Assembly (NCBI GenBank): GCA_900543145.1
Contig: UQPZ01000002.1
Span: forward strand, 111,497 to 175,496
From: an uncultured Ruminococcus sp.
GTDB lineage: Bacteria; Bacillota; Clostridia; Oscillospirales; Ruminococcaceae
Direction of reading: 5' to 3'
Length of the DNA stretch: 64,000 nt
Within the stretch, counting starts at the first letter, position 1; every line of letters begins with the position of its first letter. The position numbers and the translations under genes are program-made. Shown here piece by piece: positions 27,515 through 38,219 of this stretch. Below the pieces are notes generated by a model, which saw only the letters and a list, made by a program, of their open reading frames with translations, had not been told where the DNA came from and did not search any database.

Positions 27515-27839
27515 GATGGGACTATTAACAATGTGCCGAAAAGCGGGAAAGCTTCAGCTGGGTATGGATATGGTAAAGGATTCCTGCCGAAACGGCTCTG
27601 CTTTCGGAGTTTTTACAGCAAACGACCTTTCACCTAAATCGATGAAGGAGGTTAAGTTCGTCTGCTCCAAATACGATATTAAGCTGTATGAGCTGGGACT
27701 CAGCATGGACGAAATATGGGCTGATCTGGGAAAAAGAGCGGGAGTTATGGCGGTAACCGACAGCGGCTTCTGCAAATCCTGCGCAAAGGGACTGGAGATC
27801 GTGCCTTTAAACGAAAACGATTATAAGAGCCAGAATTAA
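27498..27839 (+). CDS. ylxQ: L7Ae-family ribosomal-protein-like protein YlxQ
   Basis: Operon position and L7Ae-like size and pattern. Confidence 0.65.
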   Translation: MKMNSKMGLLTMCRKAGKLQLGMDMVKDSCRNGSAFGVFTANDLSPKSMKEVKFVCSKYDIKLYELGLSMDEIWADLGKRAGVMAVTDSGFCKSCAKGLEIVPLNENDYKSQN

Positions 27840-27851
27840 GGAGGGTATTTT

Positions 27852-30380
27852 TTGCCTATGAATATGAATAAAAAGTATAAACTGAACGAGCTTGCAAAGG
27901 ATCTGGGGCTAACAAATGCGGAGGTTGCAGAATGTCTTGAAAAGCTGACGGGGGAAGCTAAGAAAACCGTCGCTTCTCTTACTCCCCAGGAGGTAGGGTA
28001 TGTTCTGGAGTATTTTACGCAGAATAATCAGGTGGAAAGCTTCAACGAATATTTTGCAGCTAATGTAAAGCCTGTTTCTGAGAAAAAGAAAGAGAAAAAG
28101 CCGGCGGTGCAAAAGGCTGAGAAGAAGCCTGAAGCAAAGGCTGAAACAAGACCGGAAGCAAAACCGGAAAAGAAGCCGGAGCCTGCAAAGCCGGAGCGCA
28201 CGGCGTCAGATGCTGAAAAGGCGGCAGCACAGAAGAGTGCGGTAAAATTCAGCAAGCCTGAGCAGAAGCAGGAGAAACCTGCTCCAAAGAAAGAGCAGCC
28301 TAAGCCTGTTAGGAAGAAGGAACACGGCGTAAAGCAGATAATCGGCGGAACTGCCGTAAAGGACGAGGGCTATACGGTTTCCGAAAAGTCAGACAGCTTC
28401 TCAAAGGGAAGAATGGTCGATACAAGAGGAAGCTATGTAGAGCTTGACAAATACAACGAAAAATATGATAAGCTGGCTAATACAAAGCAGAATAAGAACA
28501 AGGATAACTTCACAAAGAAGCAGAAGCTTACGCAGAAATCGCAGCAGTATAAAAAGCAGCAGCATTCGCATAAGAGGGAAACTGAGGCTGAAAAGCTGCG
28601 CCGTCTGGAGCTTGAGAGGGCGAGAAAGCAGCAGCTGAAGGTGCTTATTCCAGAAGAGATAGCAGTTTCCGAGCTTGCTTCAAGACTTAAGGTGACCGCT
28701 ACCGAGGTTATAAAGAAGCTTATGGGTCTGGGAGTAATGGCGTCTATAAACGAGATCATAGACTTTGATACCGCTTCGCTTGTAGCGGAGGAGCTTGGCG
28801 CTAAGGTAGAGAAGGAGGTCATCGTTACTATTGAGGAGCGTCTTATTGCCGACGAGGAGGACCCTGAGGAAAGCCTTGAGGAAAGATGTCCGGTAGTAGT
28901 AGTTATGGGTCACGTTGACCACGGTAAGACCTCTATTCTTGACAGGATAAGAAACGCAAACGTTGCCGAGGGCGAAGCCGGAGGAATAACTCAGCATATA
29001 GGCGCTTATCAGGTATATTATAATGATAAGAAAATAACCTTCCTGGATACTCCGGGCCACGAGGCGTTTACTTCGATGAGAGCCAGAGGAGCAAATATAA
29101 CCGATATTGCAATTCTCGTTGTAGCCGCAGACGACGGAATAATGCCGCAGACGGTAGAGTCTATAAATCACGCAAAGGCGGCGGGGGTTTCGATCATTGT
29201 AGCTATCAACAAGATGGATAAGGAAGGCGCTAACGCCGATAAGGTAAAGCAGGAGCTTACCGAGCACGGTCTTGTAGTCGAGGAATGGGGCGGCGACGTT
29301 ATTGCGGTTCCCGTTTCGGCAAAAACAGGAATGGGTATTGACGAGCTGCTTGAAAATATCCTGCTGGTATCCGAGGTAAGGGAACTTAAAGCCAATCCGA
29401 ATAAGCTTGCAAAGGGTACGGTCATAGAAGCAAGGCTCGACAAGGGCAAGGGTCCGACAGCTACCGTTCTGGTTCAGGGCGGAACACTCAATTCCGGCGA
29501 CGTTATAATTGCAGGAACGGCAGTCGGAAGAGTAAGAACAATGACCAACGACAAGGGAAGAAAGATCGAAAAAGCCGGTCCGTCTACGCCTGTTGAGATA
29601 ACGGGTCTGGGCGATGTCCCCAGCGCAGGAGATATATTCAATGCCGTTGCTGACGAAAAGCTTGCGAGAGAGCTTGTAGAGCAGAGAAAGCATGAGGCTA
29701 AGGAAGAGGTATTCAAGCAATATCAGAAAGTTACTCTTGACAATCTGTTTGCACAGATCTCGGAGGGCGAAATGAAGGAGCTGCCGCTTATAGTAAAGGC
29801 AGACGTTCAGGGCTCGGTGGAAGCTGTAAAGCAGTCGCTTGAAAAGCTTTCAAACGAAGAGGTAAGAGTAAAGGTAATTCACGGAGCGGTAGGAGCAGTT
29901 TCGGAAAGCGACGTTATGCTCGCCAACGCTTCAAACGCCATTATTGTCGGCTTCAACGTGCGTCCCGACCCGGTTGCCAAGGATTCAGCGGAGCGTGACG
30001 GAGTTGATATACGTCTTTACAGAGTAATTTACGACGCTATAGAGGAAATATCCACGGCTATGAAGGGAATGCTTGCGCCTAAGTTCAGAGAGGTCGAAAC
30101 GGCAAGAGTAGAGGTAAGACAGGTTTACAAGATCACCAATGTCGGTATTGTTGCAGGTTCTTATGTTCTCAGCGGCAAGGTCGGAAGAAACAATGAGATA
30201 AGAGTAGTTCGTGACGGTATTGTTATCGCCGAGGATAAGATGTCCTCCCTCAAGAGATTCAAGGACGACGTCAAGGAGGTCGCAGAGGGCTACGAATGCG
30301 GAATAACCCTTGAAAAGTTCTCGGATATTAAGGAAGGCGATATTTTTGAAGCGTTCTTTATGGAGGAATATCAGCCGTAA
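27852..30380 (+). CDS. infB: Translation initiation factor IF-2
   Basis: Lys/Glu-rich N-terminal region and GTPase motifs [14 protein letters not shown] and NKMD. The 346-aa antisense ORF 28680..29720 inside it is rejected. Confidence 0.95.
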   Translation: MPMNMNKKYKLNELAKDLGLTNAEVAECLEKLTGEAKKTVASLTPQEVGYVLEYFTQNNQVESFNEYFAANVKPVSEKKKEKKPAVQKAEKKPEAKAETRPEAKPEKKPEPAKPERTASDAEKAAAQKSAVKFSKPEQKQEKPAPKKEQPKPVRKKEHGVKQIIGGTAVKDEGYTVSEKSDSFSKGRMVDTRGSYVELDKYNEKYDKLANTKQNKNKDNFTKKQKLTQKSQQYKKQQHSHKRETEAEKLRRLELERARKQQLKVLIPEEIAVSELASRLKVTATEVIKKLMGLGVMASINEIIDFDTASLVAEELGAKVEKEVIVTIEERLIADEEDPEESLEERCPVVVVMGHVDHGKTSILDRIRNANVAEGEAGGITQHIGAYQVYYNDKKITFLDTPGHEAFTSMRARGANITDIAILVVAADDGIMPQTVESINHAKAAGVSIIVAINKMDKEGANADKVKQELTEHGLVVEEWGGDVIAVPVSAKTGMGIDELLENILLVSEVRELKANPNKLAKGTVIEARLDKGKGPTATVLVQGGTLNSGDVIIAGTAVGRVRTMTNDKGRKIEKAGPSTPVEITGLGDVPSAGDIFNAVADEKLARELVEQRKHEAKEEVFKQYQKVTLDNLFAQISEGEMKELPLIVKADVQGSVEAVKQSLEKLSNEEVRVKVIHGAVGAVSESDVMLANASNAIIVGFNVRPDPVAKDSAERDGVDIRLYRVIYDAIEEISTAMKGMLAPKFREVETARVEVRQVYKITNVGIVAGSYVLSGKVGRNNEIRVVRDGIVIAEDKMSSLKRFKDDVKEVAEGYECGITLEKFSDIKEGDIFEAFFMEEYQP

Positions 30381-30602
30381 CAGCGATACTCATATTTACA
30401 GCAGGATTTTGACAGCAGCGGGCCTTAGTCTGTCTGCTGCAAAGCCGTTTGCCTGAAGCAGCGGCGTCAGCAATAAATATATTATAAAAAGAAGCTGCGG
30501 TTTCAGACCTGTTTGTCAGGTTGGATCGCAGATGAAAACATTGGAAGGAGGATATGTCCGCTGAAGCGGCTGAGGCTTGCGCAGGCGTGCATAGAAACAG
30601 AG

Positions 30603-30986
30603 ATGGCAGGATTTAAAGCCGGTCGTATGTCGGAGGATATACGCAGGATAATTTCCGGCAAGATGAGGGATCTGAAGGATCCGAGAATAGGCGGAGGCGA
30701 TATGCTTACCGTAGTAAGGTGTGACGTTTCGGGCGACGGATCTTTTTGCAGGGTCTATATCTCCAGCCTTGAGGGAATAGAAAGGGCAAAGGACGCAGTT
30801 AAAGGCTTTGAAAGCGCTTCGGGTTTTCTTAAGAGAGAGATCTCGAACGTACTGAAGCTGAGAAAGTGTCCCGAGCTTAAATTTATTGCCGATGATTCGG
30901 CTGAATATTCAATGAGAATATCAGATAAGCTTAAAAACATCATAGGAGAAGAACCGGAGGAAAATAACGGGAATGAGCTGCCTTAA
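30603..30986 (+). CDS. rbfA: Ribosome-binding factor A
   Basis: MAGFKAGRMSEDIRRIISGKMRDLKDPRIG aligns with B. subtilis RbfA residues 1-30. The track ORF extends upstream from a TTG with no RBS. Confidence 0.8.
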   Translation: MAGFKAGRMSEDIRRIISGKMRDLKDPRIGGGDMLTVVRCDVSGDGSFCRVYISSLEGIERAKDAVKGFESASGFLKREISNVLKLRKCPELKFIADDSAEYSMRISDKLKNIIGEEPEENNGNELP

Positions 30987-31034
30987 GGCAAAAATACTTT
31001 TAAGGTTTAATTTTACGGAAGGGAGAATTGTTTT

Positions 31035-31985
31035 ATGGATTTCGGCGGACTGAAGGAATATCTTGAGACCCATGACAACTATCTGATCTTGACCCATAAG
31101 AGTCCCGACGGCGATACGCTCGGGGCGGGCTTCGGTCTGTGCGGCTATCTGCGTGACATGGGGAAAAGGGCCAACGTTCTTAACAGCGAGAATTTCCCTG
31201 TAAGATATAACTTCCTTTACGACGGTTATTATGTTCAGGAGTTTGAGCCGCAGAGCGTTATTGCCGTGGATATTGCCGACACTCAGCTTTTAGGCAGTCA
31301 TCTTGCCGGATTTGCCGAGGAGGGCGCTATTGATATTTGTATTGATCATCATATTTCCAATAAGCATTATGCGCGGGAAAGCTTTGTTGACGGAAACGCT
31401 TCGGCTACCTGTCTAATTCTTTACCGGCTTTTCAAATTTATCGGCAGACCTATAAGCGATCAGGCCGCTAAGTGTCTTTATACCGGGATCGCTACCGATA
31501 CGGGCTGCTTCAAATATGAGAATACCATTCCCGAAGCGCATATCGCGGCGGCGGAGCTTATGCAGTATAATATTGACTTTTCGATAATCAACCGCAGAAT
31601 GTTCGACGTAAAAAGCAAGGGAAGGCTTGTCGCTGAACAGAAGGCGGTAGAGGGAATGGAGTATTTCTTCGAGGACAGGTGCGCAATAATCGTGCTTACA
31701 ACTGAAATGATGAATTCCTGCGGAGTTGAGCCGGCGGAGTTTGAGGGTATGGCTTCTATTCCTCTTTCAACGGAGGGCGTTCAGATAGGTATTACTATAA
31801 AGCAGCGTCACGAGGACGTTTATAAGCTTTCTGTCAGAACTACCGAGGAGATCGACGCTTCTGCCTTTTGCAGAAGATTCAACGGCGGGGGACATATCCG
31901 CGCCGCCGGCTGTGAGATACAGGGAACTCTTGAGCAGGTAAAGGCAAGAGTACTCGACGGTGTAAGAGAGGTTCTGGGCTGCTGA
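31035..31985 (+). CDS. nrnA: DHH-family phosphoesterase (NrnA-like oligoribonuclease / pAp phosphatase)
   Basis: DHH motif ICIDHH and a DHHA1 C-terminal domain ending GGGH. Confidence 0.75.
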   Translation: MDFGGLKEYLETHDNYLILTHKSPDGDTLGAGFGLCGYLRDMGKRANVLNSENFPVRYNFLYDGYYVQEFEPQSVIAVDIADTQLLGSHLAGFAEEGAIDICIDHHISNKHYARESFVDGNASATCLILYRLFKFIGRPISDQAAKCLYTGIATDTGCFKYENTIPEAHIAAAELMQYNIDFSIINRRMFDVKSKGRLVAEQKAVEGMEYFFEDRCAIIVLTTEMMNSCGVEPAEFEGMASIPLSTEGVQIGITIKQRHEDVYKLSVRTTEEIDASAFCRRFNGGGHIRAAGCEIQGTLEQVKARVLDGVREVLGC

Positions 31986-31986
31986 T

Positions 31987-32910
31987 ATGGAAAAAGACGC
32001 TGAATTGTGCGGAGTAATTCCCGTAAATAAGCCGATCGGCTGGACTTCCTTCGACGTTGTTGCAAAGCTGCGGGGAATATTGAAAATAAAGCGGCTGGGG
32101 CATGCGGGAACTCTGGATCCTATGGCGGAGGGAGTTCTTCCCGTGTTTGTGGGAAAGGCAACAAAAGCGTGTGATATACTTCCTGAGACGGCAAAGGTCT
32201 ACCTTGCAGGCTTCAGGCTGGGTATCACTACCGACACTCAGGATATTACGGGAACGGTACTTTCCGAGAACAGAGCAAGAGCGAGCCTTGAACAGCTGGA
32301 GGCAGCAAAGAGCAAGTTTATCGGAGATATTATGCAGCTTCCGCCTATGTACTCGGCGGTAAAGGTAGGCGGAAAAAAGCTTTACGAACTGGCAAGACAG
32401 GGAAAGACAATAGAGCGTGAAGCAAAGCCCAGGCATATTGATAATATAGATATAACAGAATATGACTCTGAAAAACGAGAAGGGAAAATGTGCGTTTCGG
32501 TAAGCAGGGGAACGTACATAAGAACGCTTATAAACGATATTGGAGAATATCTCGGCTGCGGCGGGGTTATGACATCGCTGACAAGAACTGATGCCGCGGG
32601 CTTTTCGCTTGAGCAGTGCCGTTCGTTGGAGGAAATTCAGCAGGCTGCGGAGGAAAACAGGCTCGGCGGTATTATAAAGCCGATCGAAAGCTGTTTCCTG
32701 GGCGAGTATGCAAAGCTTAGGCTTGGAGAGAAAAGCACGGCGCTTTATAAAAACGGCGTAAAGCTTAGGCTAGAACAAGTAGGTATCAAGGATACGGAAA
32801 GTGCGCATAGCAGGATATTCTGCGTTTTCGGATTTGCCGGAGAATTTCTCGGTCTGGGAAAAGCGGACAGCCGAAGGAACGAATTCAGAAGCGTAAAGAA
32901 TTTTTACTAG
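31987..32910 (+). CDS. truB: tRNA pseudouridine(55) synthase TruB
   Basis: Catalytic Asp motif GHAGTLDP. PUA-like C-terminus. Confidence 0.9.
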   Translation: MEKDAELCGVIPVNKPIGWTSFDVVAKLRGILKIKRLGHAGTLDPMAEGVLPVFVGKATKACDILPETAKVYLAGFRLGITTDTQDITGTVLSENRARASLEQLEAAKSKFIGDIMQLPPMYSAVKVGGKKLYELARQGKTIEREAKPRHIDNIDITEYDSEKREGKMCVSVSRGTYIRTLINDIGEYLGCGGVMTSLTRTDAAGFSLEQCRSLEEIQQAAEENRLGGIIKPIESCFLGEYAKLRLGEKSTALYKNGVKLRLEQVGIKDTESAHSRIFCVFGFAGEFLGLGKADSRRNEFRSVKNFY

Positions 32911-32923
32911 GACTGGTGAATAA

Positions 32924-33745
32924 ATGTTTCAGGATATTGCTGAGGATCTTTGTATTGAATACGACGATTCCGATAGAGATGATAACGATATTGTCTTAGC
33001 TTACGGAAAGGGAACTGTTCTTTGTTCCGTCAGTAACGGAGAGCTTCGTCTGCCCCGCTTCTGTGAGCTTACGGGTCGGGTCAGAGCGGTTCATGCTTTC
33101 AGGACGGGAGGGAAAAGGTTTTTTCTTTCACTGGGCGAAGCTCCCGAGGCAGAGGGTTTTCAATATGCGGACATAAACAGTATAAAGACCTTAAGTCCTT
33201 GTATCGGTCAGTATGCGGCGGTAACGGGCTATCATTACCATTGCTTTCATGAGGAAAACAGGTTCTGCGGAAAATGCGGAGGAAAAACAGTTCATAAGCC
33301 TGAGAAAAGGTGTATGATATGCTTACAGTGCGGAAACGAGATATTCCCCAAAATATCGCCGGCGGTAATAGTCGGAGTTATTGACGACAGTACCGATTCA
33401 ATAATCCTTACCAAATACGCAGGGGGAAGCTACAGGAAATACGCTCTTGTAGCAGGCTTTGCGGAAATGGGCGAAACCGCAGAGCAGGCGGCAAGGCGGG
33501 AGGTAATGGAGGAAACGGGACTGGAAATAACCGAGCTGAAATATTACGGAAGCCAGCCGTGGGGCTTTTCTCAGAATATGCTTATAGGATTTTTTGCAAA
33601 GGTCAGAGGCTCGCGCAGGATAATAATGGATAAGGAAGAGCTTTCAGAGGCTAAATGGGTCCGCAGGGAGGACGTATGCGCTGCGGAAAACAGCGTAAGC
33701 CTTACTAACGAAATGATGTGGGCCTTCAGAAACGGCAGGGTCTGA
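32924..33745 (+). CDS. nudC: NAD+ diphosphatase (NudC-type Nudix hydrolase)
   Basis: Zinc ribbon CGKCGG...CLQCG and Nudix box GFAEMGETAEQAARREVMEETGL. Confidence 0.75.
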   Translation: MFQDIAEDLCIEYDDSDRDDNDIVLAYGKGTVLCSVSNGELRLPRFCELTGRVRAVHAFRTGGKRFFLSLGEAPEAEGFQYADINSIKTLSPCIGQYAAVTGYHYHCFHEENRFCGKCGGKTVHKPEKRCMICLQCGNEIFPKISPAVIVGVIDDSTDSIILTKYAGGSYRKYALVAGFAEMGETAEQAARREVMEETGLEITELKYYGSQPWGFSQNMLIGFFAKVRGSRRIIMDKEELSEAKWVRREDVCAAENSVSLTNEMMWAFRNGRV

Positions 33746-33777
33746 AAATAAAAGAAATAAAAAGGCGGAGGGATAGT

Positions 33778-34707
33778 TTGATCTGCATTACTCAAAACAG
33801 CGTTTGCAGCAACGATACTGCCTGCGCTCTGGGACTTTTTGACGGAGTTCACAAGGGTCACCGCATGATAATAGAAAACGCCGTAAAAACAGCGGTGCAA
33901 ATGGGTATCGGTTCTGCGGTATTTACCTTTCAGACTGACAGCGTAACATCAAAGGGTCATGACGGCAGGCTTGAAATGCTGCTGACCGACGAGGAAAAGC
34001 GGAGGCATTTTGAAAAGCTTGGGGCGGATTATCTGTATTCTCCCGTATTTGAGGAGTACAAGTCAATGCCGCCCGAGGCTTTTGTAAGGGACGTGCTGAA
34101 GGCAAGACTTAACTGCGTATACGCAGTATGCGGAACGGATTATACATTTGGAAGAGGGGCGTCGGGAAAAGCTGCGGATCTGGTCAGTATAGGCAAAAGG
34201 TACGGCATAGAGGTAAGGGTAATGGAGCAGCTCCGGCAGAACGGCGGAGTTATAAGCTCTACAGAAATACGGCGGCTTATACGGAGCGGAGAGATAGCCG
34301 AAGCCAACGAAATGCTAGGCTACCGCTACGGCTATTCTCTTACGGTAGAGCATGGCTGTGAGAGGGGAAGAACCTGGAACTTTCCTACTATAAACCAGAG
34401 GATACCGAAGGGACTTGTTCTGCCCAGATTCGGAGTTTACTGCTCAAGAGTGCTTATAGACGGAAAGTGGTATAACGGCGTTACAAACATAGGAGTAAAG
34501 CCCAGCGTTCATATTGAAACCGAGCCGCTTGCAGAAACCTATATAATAGGCTATGAGGGAGATCTGTACGGCAGGGAGCTTGAGCTGAGATTGTACGAAT
34601 TTGTCCGTCCCGAAAGGCTTTTTGATTCCTTTGAAGAATTAAAGGCTGAGATAGCAGGAAATACGGAATTTACAATAAAGTATTTTTCGGATAAGGGTTA
34701 CGATTGA
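33778..34707 (+). CDS. ribF: Bifunctional riboflavin kinase / FMN adenylyltransferase
   Basis: [12 protein letters not shown] nucleotidyltransferase motif and a C-terminal riboflavin-kinase domain. TTG start chosen after GGAGGG. The track ORF starts at 33718 and overlaps nudC. Confidence 0.8.
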   Translation: MICITQNSVCSNDTACALGLFDGVHKGHRMIIENAVKTAVQMGIGSAVFTFQTDSVTSKGHDGRLEMLLTDEEKRRHFEKLGADYLYSPVFEEYKSMPPEAFVRDVLKARLNCVYAVCGTDYTFGRGASGKAADLVSIGKRYGIEVRVMEQLRQNGGVISSTEIRRLIRSGEIAEANEMLGYRYGYSLTVEHGCERGRTWNFPTINQRIPKGLVLPRFGVYCSRVLIDGKWYNGVTNIGVKPSVHIETEPLAETYIIGYEGDLYGRELELRLYEFVRPERLFDSFEELKAEIAGNTEFTIKYFSDKGYD

Positions 34708-34814
34708 CCGATAACAGAGCTTTCTCCGACAGTTTAGTTGAATATCTTAGGCAGTATACGGAAACTAACGGTTACTGCTGTATAACTGAAATAAAAATGA
34801 AAGGACAGATAAAA

Positions 34815-36269
34815 ATGAAGAAAGTAAGAACCAGATTTGCACCGTCGCCGACGGGTTATATGCATATAGGAAATCTGAGAACGGCGCTGTTTACTTACCT
34901 TATAGCCAAGCAGAACGGCGGCGACTTTATTCTGCGTATTGAGGATACCGACAGGGAAAGATACGTCGAGGGCGCAACTGAGATAATTTATTCAACGCTT
35001 AGAAAGTGCGGTCTTAACTGGGACGAGGGCCCGGATATAGGCGGTCCCGTAGGACCTTATATTCAGTCTGAGAGAATGGGAATGTTCAAGAAATACGCCG
35101 AGGAGCTGGTTGAAAAGGGCGAGGCTTATTACTGCTTCTGCGACAAGGAGCGTCTTGATGAGGTAAAGGCGATACAGGAGGCAAGCGGAATAATGCCTAT
35201 GTACGACCGTCACTGCCGCAATCTTTCCAAGGAAGAGGTTAAGGAAAAGCTTGACGCCGGAACGCCTTATGTAATAAGGCAGAAGGTTCCGCTTGACGGC
35301 GAGGTTACTTTTCACGACGAGCTTTACGGTGATATTACCGTTCCCTGCTCTACTCTCGATGATCAGATCCTTATAAAAACTGACGGAATGCCGACATATA
35401 ACTTTGCCAATGTTGTAGACGATCATCTTATGGGTATAACTCATGTTGTTAGAGGCAACGAATATCTTGCATCTGCGCCTAAGTATAATTTGCTTTACAA
35501 GGCGTTCGGCTGGGAAGTTCCGACTTATATTCACGTTGAGCATATTATGAAGGACAAGCAGCACAAGCTTTCAAAGCGCGACGGCGACGCTTCCTTTGAA
35601 GATCTGATCGCAAAGGGCTATCTTACAGAGGCTGTTGTAAACTATATCGCTCTGCTGGGCTGGGCTCCTAAGGGAGAGGAGGAAATATTCTCTCTTGAAG
35701 AGCTTATAAAGGAGTTCGATATTCATGGGCTTTCCAAATCGCCTGCTATTTTCGACCCGCTGAAATTAAAGGCTATCAACGCCAAGTATATAAAGAAGCT
35801 GACCCCTGAGAAATTTGAGGAGTATGCCGCTCCGTATATCAGACAGACGGTCAAGCGTGAGGATATAGATATTTCAAGGATCTGCTCGCTTTTGCAGGAC
35901 AGAACGGAGGTCTTTACAGACATTCCAGAAACGGTAGATTTTCTTGACAGTCTGCCTGAATATGACACAGCTCTTTACTGCCACAAGAAGATGAAAACAA
36001 ACGAGGAAAATTCTCTGGAATCGCTGAAGGCTGTGCTGCCTGTGCTGGAGGCTGTAGATGAAGCGGACTGGAACGAGGAAACGCTTCATGATAAGCTGTT
36101 TGCGCTTATCGGTGAATTGGGCGTTAAAAACGGTATTATTCTCTGGCCTTTAAGAGTAGCGGTTTCCGGAAAGGCGTTTACTCCTGGCGGAGGAATAGAG
36201 ATATGTGCGCTTATCGGAAAGACGGATTCTGTAGCGAGAGTTAAAAAGGGTATCGAAAAGCTTTCCTGA
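34815..36269 (+). CDS. gltX: Glutamyl-tRNA synthetase
   Basis: Class I aaRS with HIGN ([18 protein letters not shown]) and KLSKR (KMSKS-type) motifs. Start at MKKVRT after AAAGGACAG. Confidence 0.9.
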   Translation: MKKVRTRFAPSPTGYMHIGNLRTALFTYLIAKQNGGDFILRIEDTDRERYVEGATEIIYSTLRKCGLNWDEGPDIGGPVGPYIQSERMGMFKKYAEELVEKGEAYYCFCDKERLDEVKAIQEASGIMPMYDRHCRNLSKEEVKEKLDAGTPYVIRQKVPLDGEVTFHDELYGDITVPCSTLDDQILIKTDGMPTYNFANVVDDHLMGITHVVRGNEYLASAPKYNLLYKAFGWEVPTYIHVEHIMKDKQHKLSKRDGDASFEDLIAKGYLTEAVVNYIALLGWAPKGEEEIFSLEELIKEFDIHGLSKSPAIFDPLKLKAINAKYIKKLTPEKFEEYAAPYIRQTVKREDIDISRICSLLQDRTEVFTDIPETVDFLDSLPEYDTALYCHKKMKTNEENSLESLKAVLPVLEAVDEADWNEETLHDKLFALIGELGVKNGIILWPLRVAVSGKAFTPGGGIEICALIGKTDSVARVKKGIEKLS

Positions 36270-36353
36270 TTTTATCACTGTGCTGTCACACAGCGCTGAT
36301 ACAATATTATAGGCTTATTGCGGAAAAGTATCCTTAAAAGGGAGGAAAATTTA

Positions 36354-37328
36354 ATGATTGAGGTGCAGAACCTGTCTAAGCACTACGGAGATAAAAAGGC
36401 GGTCGACAATATATCCTTCAAGGCGGAGGACGGCGAGATACTGGGATTCCTTGGACCTAACGGAGCCGGAAAGTCAACTACTATGAATATTCTTACCGGA
36501 TATATTTCGTGTACCGAGGGAAAGGCGCTTATAGACGGAATAGATATTCTTGAAGATCCTATAAAGGCAAAGGCAAAGATCGGCTATCTTCCGGAGCTTC
36601 CGCCGCTGTATCTGGATATGACGGTAAAGGAATATCTGAATTTTATATACGATCTTAAAAAATGCAAGCTCCCGAGAAATTCTCATTTGAAAGACATATG
36701 CAGCCTTGTGAAAATAGAACACGTTTATAAGAGGATAATAAAGAATCTTTCAAAAGGTTACAAGCAGAGAGTAGGGCTTGCTCAGGCGCTTGTGGGAAAT
36801 CCGAATGTTCTTATACTGGACGAGCCTACGGTAGGCCTTGACCCGAAGCAGATCATAGAGATACGTTCTCTTATCAAGAAACTCGGCAAGAATCACACGG
36901 TCATACTTTCCTCTCATATTCTGTCGGAGGTTCAGGCGGTCTGCGATAAAATTATAGTTATTAATGAGGGAAGGATCGTTGCGGACGATACGGAGGACAA
37001 TCTTTCAAAGAAGCTTTCGGCGGATCATAAGCTGTCGGCGCGTATCGAAGGTCCGAAGAACGAGGTTTTAAAGCTTATAAAGGGTATTGAAGGAGTAGTT
37101 TCATGCGATATAGGCGCCGAGCATATCGGAGGAGCTTGGGATTACCGAATAGAAGCAATAGAGGGCGCTGATATAAGACGCGAGCTTTTCAGAAGAATTG
37201 CTGAAAGAAACTGGTACATACTTGAGCTCAGATCCTCAGAGCTTTCACTTGAGGATATATTCCTTAAGCTAACTATGGGAGAAAGCGTTGCTCCGCTCGG
37301 CGGACGATCAAACGGAGGTGAGGAGTAA
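36354..37328 (+). CDS. ABC transporter ATP-binding protein (GldA-like)
   Basis: Walker A GPNGAGKST, signature LSKGYKQRVGLA, Walker B ILILDEP. RBS GGGAGG. Confidence 0.85.
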   Translation: MIEVQNLSKHYGDKKAVDNISFKAEDGEILGFLGPNGAGKSTTMNILTGYISCTEGKALIDGIDILEDPIKAKAKIGYLPELPPLYLDMTVKEYLNFIYDLKKCKLPRNSHLKDICSLVKIEHVYKRIIKNLSKGYKQRVGLAQALVGNPNVLILDEPTVGLDPKQIIEIRSLIKKLGKNHTVILSSHILSEVQAVCDKIIVINEGRIVADDTEDNLSKKLSADHKLSARIEGPKNEVLKLIKGIEGVVSCDIGAEHIGGAWDYRIEAIEGADIRRELFRRIAERNWYILELRSSELSLEDIFLKLTMGESVAPLGGRSNGGEE

Positions 37329-38206
37329 TGGGAGCTATTTTCAGACGCGAGGTGCTTTCGTATTTTACCTCGCCTATAGGCTATATTTTTCTTGCGGCGT
37401 TTTATGCCTGTTCAGCGGTAAGCTTTTCAAGCCAGGCGCTTAATTACGGAACGACGCAGCTTGACGCAGTATTCGGTCAGATGATGATAATACTTATCGT
37501 TCTTATCCCTATACTTACAATGAGGACTCTTTCAGAGGAAAAGAAGAATAAAACAGATCAGTGCCTGCTTACCGCTCCGGTAAGTCTTTGGGGCATAGTT
37601 TTCGGAAAATTTCTGGCGGCGTTTCTGATATATATTCTGGGCGTAGCGATCACTGTTGTTTACGCAGTTGTAGTTTCTGCCTATGCCGCTCCCGACTGGA
37701 CTGTAATCATCGGCAATGTAACGGGACTTACGCTGCTTGGAGCCGCCTTTATAGCGGTAGGAATGTTTTGCTCGTCTTTTACGGAGAATCAGGTAGTTTC
37801 GGCGGTAATAAGCTTTATCGTTATGGTCGGACTCTATATGTTTACCACTATAGGCGACGTTATACCGGTCGATTTTATAGAAAATATGATGTCTAGCCTT
37901 TCAAACGGGGCAAGAGCCGCTGTTGTAGCTCTGGCCGTAGCTGCTGTAGGTGCGGTAATATACTTTATAGCCGGCAGAAAGGCGAATACGATAGTAATAT
38001 CTTTTATTATTATGCTTGTGTTAGGTCTGTTTACCTACGCCGGCGACAGGCTTCCGGAGGTATTTTCAAAGCTTTCCTTCTGGGAGAGATATTACGGCTT
38101 TACATACGGATTATTCGATTTGTCAAATGTTCTGTTTTTCATAAGTGCGGCTGCGGTATTCCTGTTCCTTTCGGTCAGGGTGCTTGAAAAACGCCGCTGG
38201 TCATAA
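37328..38206 (+). CDS. ABC-2 type transporter permease (GldF-like)
   Basis: Six predicted TM helices. Start overlaps the ATPase stop. Confidence 0.7.
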   Translation: MGAIFRREVLSYFTSPIGYIFLAAFYACSAVSFSSQALNYGTTQLDAVFGQMMIILIVLIPILTMRTLSEEKKNKTDQCLLTAPVSLWGIVFGKFLAAFLIYILGVAITVVYAVVVSAYAAPDWTVIIGNVTGLTLLGAAFIAVGMFCSSFTENQVVSAVISFIVMVGLYMFTTIGDVIPVDFIENMMSSLSNGARAAVVALAVAAVGAVIYFIAGRKANTIVISFIIMLVLGLFTYAGDRLPEVFSKLSFWERYYGFTYGLFDLSNVLFFISAAAVFLFLSVRVLEKRRWS

Positions 38207-38219
38207 GGAGGGATACAGT

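Noticed and set aside
28680-29720. 346-aa ORF antisense to infB
   Set aside because: It lies entirely inside the highly conserved infB coding region on the opposite strand, with a low-complexity translation. It is an antisense artefact.
30541-30602. Strong GGAAGGAGG Shine-Dalgarno with a 21-codon ORF in the infB-rbfA spacer
   Set aside because: The ATG is only 2 nt from the SD and the ORF is out of frame with rbfA. It is more likely a structured leader element (CCGCtgaaGCGG hairpin) than a gene, and no conserved ylxP-like ORF is present.
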